A stretch of DNA of 64,000 bases from Gekko japonicus (lineage: Eukaryota). Within the stretch, counting starts at the first letter, position 1, and each line of letters opens with the position of its first letter. The notes beneath the pieces were generated by a model. The model saw only the letters and a program-made list of their open reading frames with translations, ran no database searches and was not told where the DNA came from. The translations under genes and the position numbers were made by a program. The stretch lies in NCBI RefSeq assembly GCF_001447785.1, contig NW_015170281.1, forward strand, positions 1,006,835 through 1,070,834, in the 5' to 3' direction. Of this stretch, positions 37,477 to 49,262 are shown piece after piece.

Positions 37477-38101
37477 CAAGAAAATTGCGGGGGGAGGAGC
37501 GGGGGAGCTCCACGCAGAGCAGGCGGAGGAGGAAGCAGCAGGTAAGCTCCCCCCATCCTGCCTGTTCCTCCATCTCCTCCACCACCACACTCCACCACCA
37601 CCCCCGGCTCGCCAATCTCCCCCGCCTCCTCCACCTGCCTCCCCCTGGCTCTGAAGCGAGGCCCGTGTGGCTTGCAGCTGCTGGATCTCACCGGTCTCTC
37701 TGCCCCCCACTCTGAAGTGAGGCCTGCGTGGCTTGCAGCTGCCGGGCCTTGCCGGGCTCTCTCCCCCCTGCTCTGAAGCGAGGCCCGCGTGGCTTGCAGC
37801 TACCAGGCCTCGCCGGTCTCTCTCTCCCCCCGGCTCTGAAGCGAGGTCCATGCGGCTTGCAGCCGCCGGGCCTCACCAGTCTCTCCCTCCTGCTCCGAAG
37901 TGAGGCAGTTCGCAAGGGACGCTCTTTTACTTTTGGGGGGATTTAAATATCCCCCCTATATTTTTTCAACTTTTTAGATTTTTGTGCACACCTGGGGACT
38001 TCCCCAATTTTGCAGGAAAATCTTCCTGCCCCCCAGGTGCCCCCGATGTGCGGATTTAGATATCCGCACGCAGGGGGCACCTTTCGCTATTAGTATATAG
38101 A
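37477..38101 (-). mobile_element. non-autonomous Helitron, unit B, with an internal minisatellite of about 61 bp
   Basis: 5' TCTATATACTAATAGCG, 3' CTTG. Five copies of CTGAAGCGAGGCCCGCGTGGCTTGCAGC... at about 37651, 37712, 37773, 37836 and 37895. Confidence 0.8.
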
Positions 38102-38688
38102 CAAGAGGGGAACCCGCGATACTCGTGGGGGGGGAGAAGAGCTCCATCTCCTCCATCCCCCCTCTCAATCTCCCCGAGGCTGCAGCGGCGAGGCCGGTCC
38201 TCCACCCCCCCCCCCGCCCGGCTCCGACCCGGCCGGGCTCCGCGGCGGCGGCGAGGCCGGTCCTCCCCCCTGCCCGGCTCCAAGGCGGAGGCGGAGAGGC
38301 CGGTCCTTCCCACCCCCCTTTGCCGGGTTCGGCGGCGGCGGCGAGGCCGGGCCTCCCCGCCCGCCTACCCCCCCCCCTTTGCCGGGCTCGGCGGCGGTGG
38401 CGAGGCCGGTCCTCCCCCCGCCCGCCCACCCGGCTCCGAGGAGGAGGAGGCAGCAGCGTGGCGGCGAGGCCAGCTACAGTGCGTTCCCTGCACATGCGCA
38501 GGGGATGCTCTGTCACTTTCGGGGGGATTTAAACATCCCCCCAAATTTTTTTTCAACTTTTTCAATTTTTGTGCACACGTGGGGACTGGCCCACGTGTGC
38601 ACAAACCTCCCCCTCCCCTCCAAGTGCCCCTGGAGTGCTGATTTAGCGATCCGCACTCAGGGGGCAACTTGGCTATTAGATATATAGA
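38102..38688 (-). mobile_element. non-autonomous Helitron, unit C, with an internal GC-rich minisatellite
   Basis: Host A then 5' TCTATATATCTAATAG. 3' hairpin CCCACGA-GTA-TCGCGGG 7 nt before CTTG. GCGGCGAGGCCGGTCCTCCCCC repeats inside. Confidence 0.8.
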
Positions 38689-39025
38689 TACCCCAATCTT
38701 GTCATTTGTAATTGTATTTAATAATCTCAATTTTGTTGCCTCATGCTCTCCCCTAAAACATTTCATGGTGTAAATTTTGTTAAGTATTTTTAAGTATTAT
38801 TTATTAGTTTGTCTCTTTAAATGTTTATGTTTAAATGTTTCTCTGTAGAAATAGAACAGTAAAACTGTATGACTATAACACCTCAATTTTAAAAAGTCAA
38901 AACAGTAGAGCCTATAAAATATTCAAATGCATAGACAGCACCAGCAAGTTTAATATAAAATAGCAGTAAATAATTAAAATTAAAAAGTTGTAACAGTGAT
39001 AATATTGAAATGGGGAATACAATTA

Positions 39026-39302
39026 TACCAATTTCCCACAAGCGATTGCGTCGCCCTTGCTCTTCCCTTTCCCCCATTGTATTCGTCAATTTCCCACTAC
39101 TTGCTGCACGACTGTTTTTTGACCCACAGCATCCCCCATTTCCCCCGCGTCTTCTTGATCCTTGTTTTTTGAGAAGATGCAGGAAAAATCGGGGGATGCT
39201 GCGGGTCAAAATGCAGCTGCACAGCAAGTAGTGGGAAATTGACAAATACAATTGGGGGAAGGGAAGAGAGAGGGCAGCGCAACTGCTTGTGGGAAATCGG
39301 TC
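39026..39302. mobile_element. fold-back MITE, diverged member of the 7036/57565 family
   Basis: TACCAATTTCCCACAAGC / GCTTGTGGGAAATCGGTC termini. Shared GTCAATTTC..GAAATTGAC arms and central TGTTTTTTGAG loop. Confidence 0.85.
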
Positions 39303-40494
39303 TCTCACTTAAAACACCAACAGTGATCAAAAGATTTTAGGTTTGTGCCAAAATTTAGACAAACTCAAGGTGATCCATAAGTGAGGCACCACAACCAATC
39401 ATGCCATGTCCTGGGCAGTCTTCTGCCTCTCCTCTGAAGGTGGCTCTCTTGCAGCTATTTCTTGAAATGCTTCATCCCTTTTCTCCCTTGATATAAAAGC
39501 ATCATCAGTGCTGAAGGGACTATTTAGAAGAAATAATTTGTATTTAGCAGATTAAAACAAAAACAAATCCCTAGTAGAGTAATCTATGTACAGTAGTATA
39601 AAAAAGACAAAGAGAATGTGCATCTCAAGGGTTAAACGTGCTCTTTTTTTTCTAAATAATAGAAAAAGCTGTTTCAAATTTTAACCTAAATGACTTAAGT
39701 ATATTACAGATTCTTGGTGCTTCAAATAATTTGTAATCGGGGGTGTTGTAGGGGAGGAGGAAAGCTCTCTGACAGTCATGGAAAAAATAAAGAGCAGAAT
39801 TTTAAATTGCACCTTTTGACATCAATAAATAATAAGAGCAGAAATGGCATCAATTTTTTACATATGTGAATGGAATACAATAAGCAAATCTGACTCATCT
39901 GCCAGTTTGATTGCTTTGTTTGGTATTTCAGCATACTGGGGAAGGTGGAGCAGAGAGCAGAGAAGAGGTTAGAAAGGAAGATTCATGTAAATTAGGTTTT
40001 CTAAGGCAGAAAAAAAGAGAGTTTGGGGTTTAGAGATACAATCAACTCAAAACATGTTTGCTTCTGCCAGCCCCATAAAGTCCAGTTTCGAGCTTTGTAC
40101 ATTGATGATGTATAATTTCCACACTGGCCATGATCTGTTGGTCTCCTCTGGCTGTATTTCTTAGCCGCAAAAAAGAATTTGACCCAACATGGCATGGGGG
40201 GGTGGGGGGAGCAGAGAATTGTGACTGAAATCCAGACGCCATCGAGTCAAGGCTGGCTTTAACTTCAGTATCTCTTGTAGAGTCATAGTTGTTAAACTGT
40301 TTAGTCCATCAATATGAGATTGTTTATATGTAAGCTTCTCAGCAGATAAATAATTAAATCAGAAGAGCCTGAATGTACTCCTTCCTATTTTTCAAACAGT
40401 TACTTTACCAGCCACCCAACACCTTAGTGACTGAAAAACAAAAATGAATCATGTGGCTGAAAAATCAAAAGGTATTGTGTGGAACATTACATTC

Positions 40495-40545
40495 TATTGT
40501 GGCATAAGCTTTCATGAACTACAGCTCTTGTCATCAAATACTATG
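40495..40545 (-). mobile_element. Penelope-like pLTR remnant with degenerate hammerhead motif
   Basis: Minus strand GTAT-TTGATGA-CAAGAG-CTGTAG-TTCAT-GAAA-GCTT-ATGC. Confidence 0.55.
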
Positions 40546-40851
40546 AAACACAAGAGGTGCAGACTCAAATGACGTGCAATTGGAAACCGGAGTTTGTTGC
40601 TGGTACTTGCTCACATGAGCCAGAGTTTGAAAGTACATATGTAGCCCAATTAAAATGATATGGCAATCACACTTATCAGGAGGCTCACAAGTAGCATGCT
40701 TTCTCAGTAGCAGAGCATTCAAAATAAGTGGGGGCACAGACTTGTACTCAAAACAAAGCCTCTGCAGCAACCTGTGATGTGCATTAGAATAGCCAGCTAT
40801 TTAAATCTGTGGTAATTTGTTAGAATTTGTTAGAACTTTCAAGGAAGAAAA

Positions 40852-40909
<58 letters not shown>
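40852..40909 (+). repeat. (TATC)n microsatellite at a reversed L2-type tail
   Basis: About 14 TATC units followed by CCCAGCCAAAGCCAGCTCAGGGCAGCTTAC. Confidence 0.95.
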
Positions 40910-40910
<1 letters not shown>

Positions 40911-41079
40911 ATACCTCCCTCCCTCCCAGCCAAAGCCAGCTCAGGGCAGCTTACATAAAAAGTAAAAACATATAAATAGCAATTATAAAACATTCTAAAA
41001 CCTTCTAAACCCCAACATTATAAAGTGCCAGTAAACATAACTAATATAGTTTAGCAAAGACAGCTACAATTCTGTTATG

Positions 41080-43095
41080 TCTGAAGTCTAAAACAGAACT
41101 ACAAGCGTTTTTAGGGATTCTCAATTTCTACCACCCTTTCTTCCCAACAAGGCGGCGGTAGCTGAGCCCCTCCATCGCTTGCTAGACAAGCAGGCTCCTT
41201 GGGTTTGGGGGCCCTGCCAAGCTGCCGCGTTCTGGAATGTTAAAGAACTGTTGATCTCCAACTCGGTCCTGGCCCACTTCAATGAGGCGATGAGGTTTTG
41301 GCATGCGACGCCTCATCCTACAGCATCGGTGCTGTGCTGGCGCATCGTCTCCCAGATGGGCAGGAGGTCCCGGTCGCATATTACTCACACATCCTATCTG
41401 CAACTGAGCGGAACTATGGCCAGATAGATTGGGAGGGACTAGCCAAAGTGGCTGGGGGCAAGAAGTTCCACGACTTCGTCTACGGCTGGCCGCTCACCAT
41501 TGCCACAGACCACCGCCCGCTCCTCAGCCTTTTCACGCCCGATCGCTGGACACCACAGGTCCTCTCCCCGCGGGTCTTGCGGTGGCCCATTTTCCTTGCA
41601 GGCTACAATTATCAGCTACAACACTGCCCGGGGAAAGCTATGGGCCACGCCGACGCCCTGAGTCGCCTTCCCGTGCCAGACATGGTTGAGAATCCAGCCC
41701 CTATGCACCTGGTCCTCCAGCTGGAGGGCCTACTGGATGCCCCGCTGCAGGCCGTGGACATTGCCTGCCACTCGTCCCGGGACCCCATCATATCCCGGGT
41801 GCTGGGCTGGGTGGTGAGGGGGTGGCCTGCGAAGATAGAGGGCTCCAAGTTCATTGCGTTTACGGCCCGACGGGAGGAGTTGTCAGCGCACAAAGGTTGT
41901 CTGCTGTGGGGAGACAGGGTTGTGGTTCCCAGCACACTCTGACAAAAGGTTCTCCAGGCCCTTCACAAAGCGCACCCGGGAATCATTAGGATGAAAGGCC
42001 TCGCTCGGAGCTACGTCTGGTGGCCAGGCATCAACGCAGAGGTAGAGGCGTGGGTGAAACATTGCCGTTTGCCCCAGCCCACCGGGTGCGCCATTCCAGT
42101 CATGGGAATCCACACGAATCCCGTGGTCCCAGCTCCACATAGACTTCACTGGACCATTTCATGGACTGTTATTCCTTGTGACTGTGGATTCCTACTCAAA
42201 GTGGGTGGAGATAAGCCCCGTCTCCGCGACATCCACAAAGGCCACCATCCGCGCCCTCTGAAAGATCTTCGCCACCCACGGGCTGCCAGACACCATAGTC
42301 TCGGACAACGGGATGGTGTTTACATCAGAGGAATTCCAGCAGTTTCTCAGCAACAACCTGATCAAACACATCAGGTAGGCGCCATTCCACCCTGCTACTA
42401 ACAGCCAAGCGGAACGCATGGTCTGGACGGCGAAGGAAGCATTAAGCCGCCTGACAGAGGGAGACTGGGAATTTCGCATTGCTCATTTCCTCCTAGCACA
42501 ATGATCAATGCCAAACCCCGTAAGCGGTCACTGCCCAGAGGTACTCCTCATGGGTTGGAGGCCAACAATCCTCCTGGACCGCCTACACCCTGATCAGGCT
42601 CCCAAGCCACAGAATTCCTCAGAGCAGCAGGAGGCACCTCACGGGTTCTTCCCAGAGGACCCCGTCTTCACCAGAAACTTCGGAAGGGGCCCAGAATGGA
42701 TCGCCCGCTGCATCATTCGTCCCACTGGCACCATCATGTACGATGTGTCCACAGAATGTGGACAGGTCCTGCGGAGGCACATAGACCAACTCCGTTGGCG
42801 CATGCTCCCTGAAAACCCAAGCATGGAGGTTCCTGAACAACAGGCAAAACCAGAGGTGAGCCCCCCAGACACCCCAGCGCAGGACCTCCCCACCAAAGAG
42901 CGTCAGAACTTTGCCCCAGTCACCCCGGCGGCTACTGAGGAGGGCCCGACAACCGACGTGTCTGCACCAGAGGTGTCTGCACCACCAGCGCAGCCCAGCA
43001 CAGCGGACGGGGCTCCAGAGGTCCCAGTACCGCCCCCCCGATGGTCCACTAGAGAACGGCGGTCCCCGTCGTACTTAAAGGACTATGTGACCTAG
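41080..43095 (+). mobile_element. Ty3/Gypsy LTR retrotransposon pol fragment (RT thumb, RNase H, integrase), no intact LTRs
   Basis: ELQAFLGILNFY; ACDASSYSIGAVLAH...ERNYGQID...TDHRPLL...HADALSRLP (RNase H); H..HPGIIRMKGLARSYVWWPGI (integrase zinc finger); HIDFTGP, VDSYSKW, IVSDNG, PFHPATNSQAER (DDE); ends RERRSPSYLKDYVT*. Confidence 0.95.
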
Positions 43096-43104
43096 GGTGG
43101 GTCC

Positions 43105-43250
43105 GAACAGTTCTGTTAGAACTGTTTTCAAGAACAGTTCTAACAGAACTATGGCTTGCCCAAGGTCATCAAGCAGCTGCAAATGGAGGAGTGCGGAATC
43201 AGACCCAGTTCTCCCAGATTACAGTCTGTGCACTTAACCAATACACCATA
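43105..43250 (-). mobile_element. Squam3-type SINE 5' half fused to the Gypsy 3' end
   Basis: GGCTTGCCCAAGGTCATCAAGCAGCTGCAAATGGAGGAGTGCGGAATCAGACCCAGTTCTCCCAGATTAC...TACACCA. Confidence 0.85.
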
Positions 43251-43254
43251 GTGT

Positions 43255-43566
43255 AGGGAAAAGGGAATACAGGGAAAAAGAAATGCCCCCCTAGAAGCCT
43301 TTGTGGGTTCTGCACCACACAACTGGGTCTGGAGCAGCAATTGGTACCATAGTTTTCTTGAGTAGAGGCTACCAGAAAGAGGGAAGGAGGGGAAGTTGAA
43401 GATGGGGGCAGGGCAGATAAAACAAGTTGGCTGGTGAGTGGTGAGAAGAGGAAGAGGCAGGAAAATCAGAGAGGCTGTGGTGCTTTCAGGAAAAGAAAAG
43501 AAGAAATAGTGAGGGGAGGGGGAAAGTGATGCTCCCTGCAGGTCTTTGAAATTTCCCCCTGCCTGT
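43255..43566 (+). mobile_element. purine-rich repeat homologous to 56520-56972 (putative Helitron 3' region)
   Basis: Colinear blocks shared with 56630-56972 (GGGAATACAGGGAAA, TTGGCTGGTGAGTG, GCTTTCAG..GAAATAGTG..GGGGAAA). Confidence 0.55.
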
Positions 43567-43904
43567 TAGAATATATTGGTGACACTAGAAATTTCACTTA
43601 ATTTAAGCCTCAATTTCCTGTTCATTAAATAAGAACAACAGTGAGTTAGTCACCAGATTGTTGTCAGAATCAGTGAGCTAAATTTTTTAAAGAGCTTTTC
43701 ATATGAAAAGTGCTAAATGGATAGTATTGGTTTGTGGCAGAAATAATTGGCACAGAAGTCAGTTCTCAACCCATTCAAATGTGATTGTGCTAAATGGGTT
43801 CAGTTTAGATAAAGTCACAAGTTTACATGGCAAATCATTGATTACCACATTGGCATGGGTCTAGAAAAAGTCAGGTATTGCATAATCGAAACCTTTGGAA
43901 ACTG

Positions 43905-44425
43905 AGGGCTCAATCACATGCACAATTAGCTCCACCATAGGCGCAAATGCCGGGCAGATTTAAAGGGTGCGATCAGACATGAACGTTTGGGACACCCATC
44001 GGCAACCCGTTCTACTCCGCCGCAGAAGCAGAGTAAAAAGGCACCAGGGAAAATCTGGTAGTAAATGGGTTGCAGTGGGCCACGGACGGAGTTTCCCATT
44101 TCTGATCGCTCCAGCGCACTCTCATGGTCTGATTTCTCATCCCGACTCCATGCTGTTGTTTCCCCCCCTTCTCAGTATATGCATCACCGCAAACTCCATA
44201 GGGAGCTTTCAGTGTGGAGATGCAATTAATTGATTCCTCATGTAAGCGCATCGGAAACAAACAGCAAAAAACCCAAAACCCCGACTCAACCACGGTTGCA
44301 TCTAATCACGCAGTGGCAGCTGTGCCCGCAGCTTCCAAGGACTGTGTGATCGCACAACTGCGGGTCAAATTCCTCCGGAGGAAAAAGCTTTGGTCCCCCC
44401 CCCCCGCTTTAGCTCACGCCCCTTG
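43905..44425. mobile_element. probable DNA-transposon fragment (Harbinger-like)
   Basis: GGGCTCAATCACATG start. CpG-rich, with recurring GATCAGACA / TGTGTGATC motifs shared with 54739-55150. Confidence 0.4.
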
Positions 44426-45589
44426 AAGATATTTTTAAAAAGTTTACAATGCGACCTGTTAATGGAAGGAGAAATATGAGAAGCTTTACTGGGCATGCCC
44501 AAGTTAAAGCAGCTTTTTCCATCTGTGTTAGGATATTATGATATGAGACTCCTTTTACTGATGAGAAAGAGTTGGTGACATTTATAACAGAGTGGAGAAC
44601 TGATGTAATTTCCACTGGTTGTTGTTTTGGAAATTTTCTAGCCAAGTTCAGTTAGTGTAACCCAGCAATAAAACCTTAGGACCCTTAACTATATCTTGAA
44701 CAGGAAATCTATAACACGTTGAGCTTCCCCTCTTCCCAGGGAAACAAACAGCCAAGGGCATTTGAAGCTTTGTCATAAATATTCTATCTGTGAGGTCTTC
44801 AATCTGGTTAGCTTGTTCCTTAAATATACTTTGAGAGATTCGATGAATCTTTTATGATGCCTTAACCAGCTCTTGTTCTACAGTAAGTTAAGTGGCTTGA
44901 AAAGATGCATTTCTTGTGAGTGAGTGCCTATGGGTTTTCAGTGTGGTAGATGAGATGCATGTTCACATCCTCGAGGGAGCCTGCCCCCTTTGTGTTGGCT
45001 TGACACGGGGGCAGGATGAAGGTTGCTGAAGAAGATTGTTATGTGTCAAGCAGAGTGTGATTATGTGACTCACCTTGTTTTCCATTATATATAATTTAAA
45101 AGCATACTGTCATGGTATTTTTCATAATTAAAAAAGTCCTCGTTATTGTTTATAATTATCACTTTAAGCTTGACATCTTAATGTTTCCTTAGTGACTTAT
45201 TTTTCTCCTTCTTTCCTTCAAAAGTATGTGCTAATTTAATGCTGCAAGGCTACTAAAGAACTCTGGGCCTTGCTGATGTGGTTTTATCTAAATTGTCCCA
45301 AACAAAGGTGTAGCTAATCTGGTCACTGCCATGAATCCACAGAGCACTCAGCAATTCAAACCTCTCCATATTCATAAACACTGTGTGTGTGTGTCTATCT
45401 CAAGTAACTTTAAGGAAGATAGATACAGCTCTTAGTGTAAGATTCCAGAGCTGTGGATCCTGCCCAAAGTGGAGGTCACTCTCGCTGGTAGATAATGTGC
45501 TGTATATTGGATCTGTGCTGTCTGTCATGTTTACCTGAAACCTGCAATTCTTGGTTAACTGGGAGGCAGGTCTTCTGCTACAGCAGGAG

Positions 45590-45890
45590 ACTGCCTGGCC
45601 TGGGCTCCCTGTTCCCCACTGCCACTCAACTGCCCAGTGGTGGAAACATGGGGAAGGGTCTCTTCAGTGTTGCACCAAGGCACAGTGTCACTTCTGGTGT
45701 GAAACTGGAAGTAATGTCCTCATATCTGCATGATACTCTAGGTTGATTTAACCATATAGTTTGGGGTGAATTCTAGGCCATTGCCCTGATGCAATGACAT
45801 CTCTTCTGGTTTCACACCAGAAGTGACACCATGCTTCAGTGCAATGCAAAATTCTCCCTCCAAGATGCTAGCTATGCCTGAAAACCCTAT
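45590..45890. mobile_element. decayed palindromic hAT-type MITE
   Basis: Inverted repeats GTGTCACTTCTGGTGTGAAAC / GTTTCACACCAGAAGTGACAC. Same architecture as the 14975 element. Confidence 0.6.
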
Positions 45891-46038
45891 GGTTAACATG
45901 GAGGGCAGTCCAAGCCTATGTTGCTTCTAACCTAGCTAATATCCTATAAAGAAGGGTTACCCCAAAATGTGTTTCAGAGTCCTGAAATATCACAACTTGG
46001 TCACTTTTTAAAAATCTGCTGACAGTTTAGTTGGAGCT

Positions 46039-46886
46039 TGTTGTTCAGTCGCACAGTCAAGTCTGACTCTTTGCGTCCCCATGGACCACATCACACCAGG
46101 CCCTCCTGTCTTCCGTCATGCTCCGGAGTTTGCTTAATTTCATGTTCGTTGCCTCGATAACACTGTCTAACTATCTCATCCTTTGCTTTCCCCTTCCTCT
46201 TTGACATTCAATCTTTCCCAGCATCAGGGTCTTCTCCAGTAAGTGCTCCCTTCTCATTTGGTGGCCAAAGTATTTGAGCTTCAGCTACAGTATCTGGCCT
46301 TCCAGGGAACAGCCAGGGTTGATTACTTTTCGGATTGACTGATTTGATCTCCTTACAGTCCAGGGGACTCTCAAGAGTCTTCTCAGCACCATAATTCAAA
46401 AGAATCTATTCTTCGGTGCTCGGCCTTCCTTATAGTCCAACTCTCGCAGCCATACAGTACTACTGGGAATACCATCGCTTTGACCATACAGACTTTTGTT
46501 GGCAGGGTGATGTCTCTACTTTTTATTATGCTGTCTAGGTTTGCTATCACTTTCCTCCCAAGGAGCAGGCATCTTTTAATTTCATGGCTGCAGTCACCAT
46601 CTGCAGTGATCTTGGATCCCAGGAACGTGAAGTCTGTCACTGCTTCCACAACTTTCTCCTTCTATTTGTCAAGGAGTGATGGGGCCGGATGCCATGATCT
46701 TAGGTTTTTTGATGTTGAGTTTCAAACCAACCTTTGCGCTCTCCTCTTTTACTTTTAGCAAGAGGCTCTTTGGGTCCTCTTCACTTTCTGTCATTAGAGT
46801 GGTATCGTCTGCATATCTGAGGTTGTTGATGTTTTTCCCAGCAATCTTACTTTCAGCTTCTGACTCATCCAGGCTGGCATTTCTGA
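46039..46886 (-). mobile_element. BovB (RTE clade) LINE, 5'-truncated, 12-bp TSD
   Basis: INNLRYADDT (RT); MEAVTDFTFLGSKITADGDCSHEIKRCLLLGRK...LYGCESWTIRKAEHRRIDSFELWC; 3' GACTGAACAACA tail. TSD TTAGTTGGAGCT at 46027-46038 and 46887-46898. Confidence 0.96.
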
Positions 46887-47120
46887 TTAGTTGGAGCTAC
46901 ACTGTGCCTATTTACCATGGGGAAGAGTAAATATGAGATACCTTGTACCTCATAGAAGGAAGCCTAGGTCACAGTATGTGCTCCTCACTACTCTCATATT
47001 GTTTCATTACTTGAAGGATCAGAGCTATGAGTTCTTCCCATGTGACCTGCAGCTTCTTGTGGTATCACAACAACATGGCAAGGACCCTGATTGTAGCAAC
47101 TCTCATGCTACTAGTGTAAC

Positions 47121-47370
47121 AGAAGGAGGAGGAGGAGGAGGAGGTTTTATATCCCACCCTTCACTACTTGAAGGTGTCTCAGAGTGGTTTACAATTGCCT
47201 TCCCTTCCACTCCCCACATAAGACACCCTGTGAGGCAGGTGGGGCTGAGAGAGCTCTCAGCTGTGACTGGCCCAAGGTCACCCAGCTGGCTGCACATGGA
47301 GAAGTGGGGAATCAAACCCAGTTCTCCGGATTAGAGTCTGCCACTCTTCCCTACACGGCAGCTGGTTCTT
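47121..47370 (-). mobile_element. Squam3-type SINE, full length
   Basis: (GGA)n tail, GGTGTCTCAGAGTGGTTTACAA, AGACACCCTGTGAGGCAGGTGGGGCTGAGAGAGCTC, tRNA head. Confidence 0.9.
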
Positions 47371-48614
47371 TAATAACGAGGCCTCAACCACCTAGCATTA
47401 TATTTCAGGCTTCACTTTTAAAACTCATCAGTTAAAAGAATCTAGTTTTCTTTGGGCCAGACTACATACAAACATATGTGGTAAAACCAAGATATTCTAG
47501 AGAAAACCAGCTTCAGGATAAAGCAATTTTCAGGTACTAGACTGTAGTGCCTACCCGCAGCCTCTGCTTGCTGCTTTTTCTTTGCATTTCCAACCACCAC
47601 CACTCTCCCCTGCCCCCCCCCCCCAATTAATTTGCACACACATTTATCCTATGCAGGAAGATATCAGGATTTTTAAAATACCACAGTCATGACCCAGACT
47701 GATACATTTTTAAATATTTCTTTCAATATTTATAGCCCATTACTTTTCCAGCAGAGACCCAAAGCAAGTTACAATCCAAACAAGAAGCTATGTATATACA
47801 CCAACAAACAACCAAACAGCAGTACAACAGCAAAGTATATCTTGGGCTGGTCCTGGACTCATATGCTGGCTCCTCCAGTGGCCTGGGCTGCAAGCCATGG
47901 ACTAAGAACCAAAGAGCCAACTAGAGTCACCTCCAGTTTATTCCAAAAGAACACAATCAGCCTGAGCCATTGCATCCTGGAGGGATTCAGCCTGCCTTAC
48001 AACAGTTCTGTTTATAAGCATCCTTAGTTTTTACCCAAAAGGGTCGGAGGGACAGGAAAGCTTGAGACACATCCTTCAGTCCTTGTGTGAAATATATTTA
48101 CCATTTGTGCTTCAGTGGTGCAAAAAGCAAGTTATGTTGTGTGACAAATAGGAGCTCAAGGGCAGACCAGCCAAGGCCCAAGCACATTGTCACACTGAGT
48201 GATGATTTTTTCCCCTCTATGTGACCAGGACATGTGTTAGAATCAAACAACTTGTGGCTGAGAAAGTCTTGAAAATGTGACAGGAATGTGTATCCCGAGC
48301 AGCATTTTTCAAATGAAGTAGGTGCGATGCGGTTTGTGACAGGTTTCAAGTCAAAACACTCAAGTCCACTGAAAGGGGTTGAACAGAAAGAGGCAGATTC
48401 CCATAGCACTGGACTTTGAGGTCACTCAGAACAACTGTTCATACCTTATCCAAAGGATGAAAAATTATGCAGAAAAATTATGATTCTGCCAAGTCAAGGG
48501 ATAGATAACTAATAAATGATCTCTTAGTTCAAGATAGAGCTTGGACGTAACCTAGGATGAATATGTCTGTTTGAAGGAGTATCATGCTTGGGTAAATATA
48601 TAGCCACCAGGAGG

Positions 48615-48802
48615 AGAACATAAGAGAAGCCAATGTTGGATCAGGCCAATGGCCCATCTAGTCCAACACTCTGACACACAGTGGTCCAAAATACCAGGCA
48701 CCATCAGGAGGTCCAGCAGTACGGCCAGGACACTAGAAGCCTTCCCACTGTTGCCCCCCCCCCCCAAGCACCAAGAATACAGTGCATCACTTGCCCCAGA
48801 CT
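48615..48802 (-). mobile_element. CR1 3' UTR fragment
   Basis: Reverse complement of 21060-21240. Confidence 0.9.
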
Positions 48803-49262
48803 GAGAAAACCAAATGTCAACACAACAAATAAGAACTAAAGTAAAAAAGTAAGAACTAAGAATCGTTCATGGAAATAAGGGTTTCTCTCATTACCTCATC
48901 TTTATGGCACGGAGCTATACTGCAGCAACAACTAGTGGTGCTACAAACTTTGTGGTGAACACTAGGGGTGTTCATAATGGAATTCCCAAACTGAAAATAT
49001 ACATTGAAATAACTATTTAGGGTTATTCCAGTTGTTTCCCAAAACTGTATTAACCATCTGTGATTCTTAGTGAAATGAAACAACCATTTCTCAAAAAAAA
49101 AAAAAATCCATATTACTTTTGAATTCAGGTGCTTACTAAACTAGCAGCAGCATGTGTATGTACTTGCTGTGTTGTAGATTTCACTGGTTTCCCAGGCCAC
49201 AGCATCCTTCCAACATATCAGATCCTTGCAAGGGGAGGAGCATAGAGCGCTCCCAGTCATAC

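Noticed and set aside
37640-37910. CRISPR-like regularly spaced ~30-bp repeats
   Set aside because: The 'spacers' resemble each other, so this is a tandem minisatellite. It lies inside a Helitron unit in a vertebrate genome with no cas genes.
37328-38766. Many overlapping Pro/Ala/Gly/Arg-rich ORFs and an apparent CpG-island promoter
   Set aside because: Explained by GC-rich Helitron-internal repeats that are poor in stop codons. No domain is recognisable.
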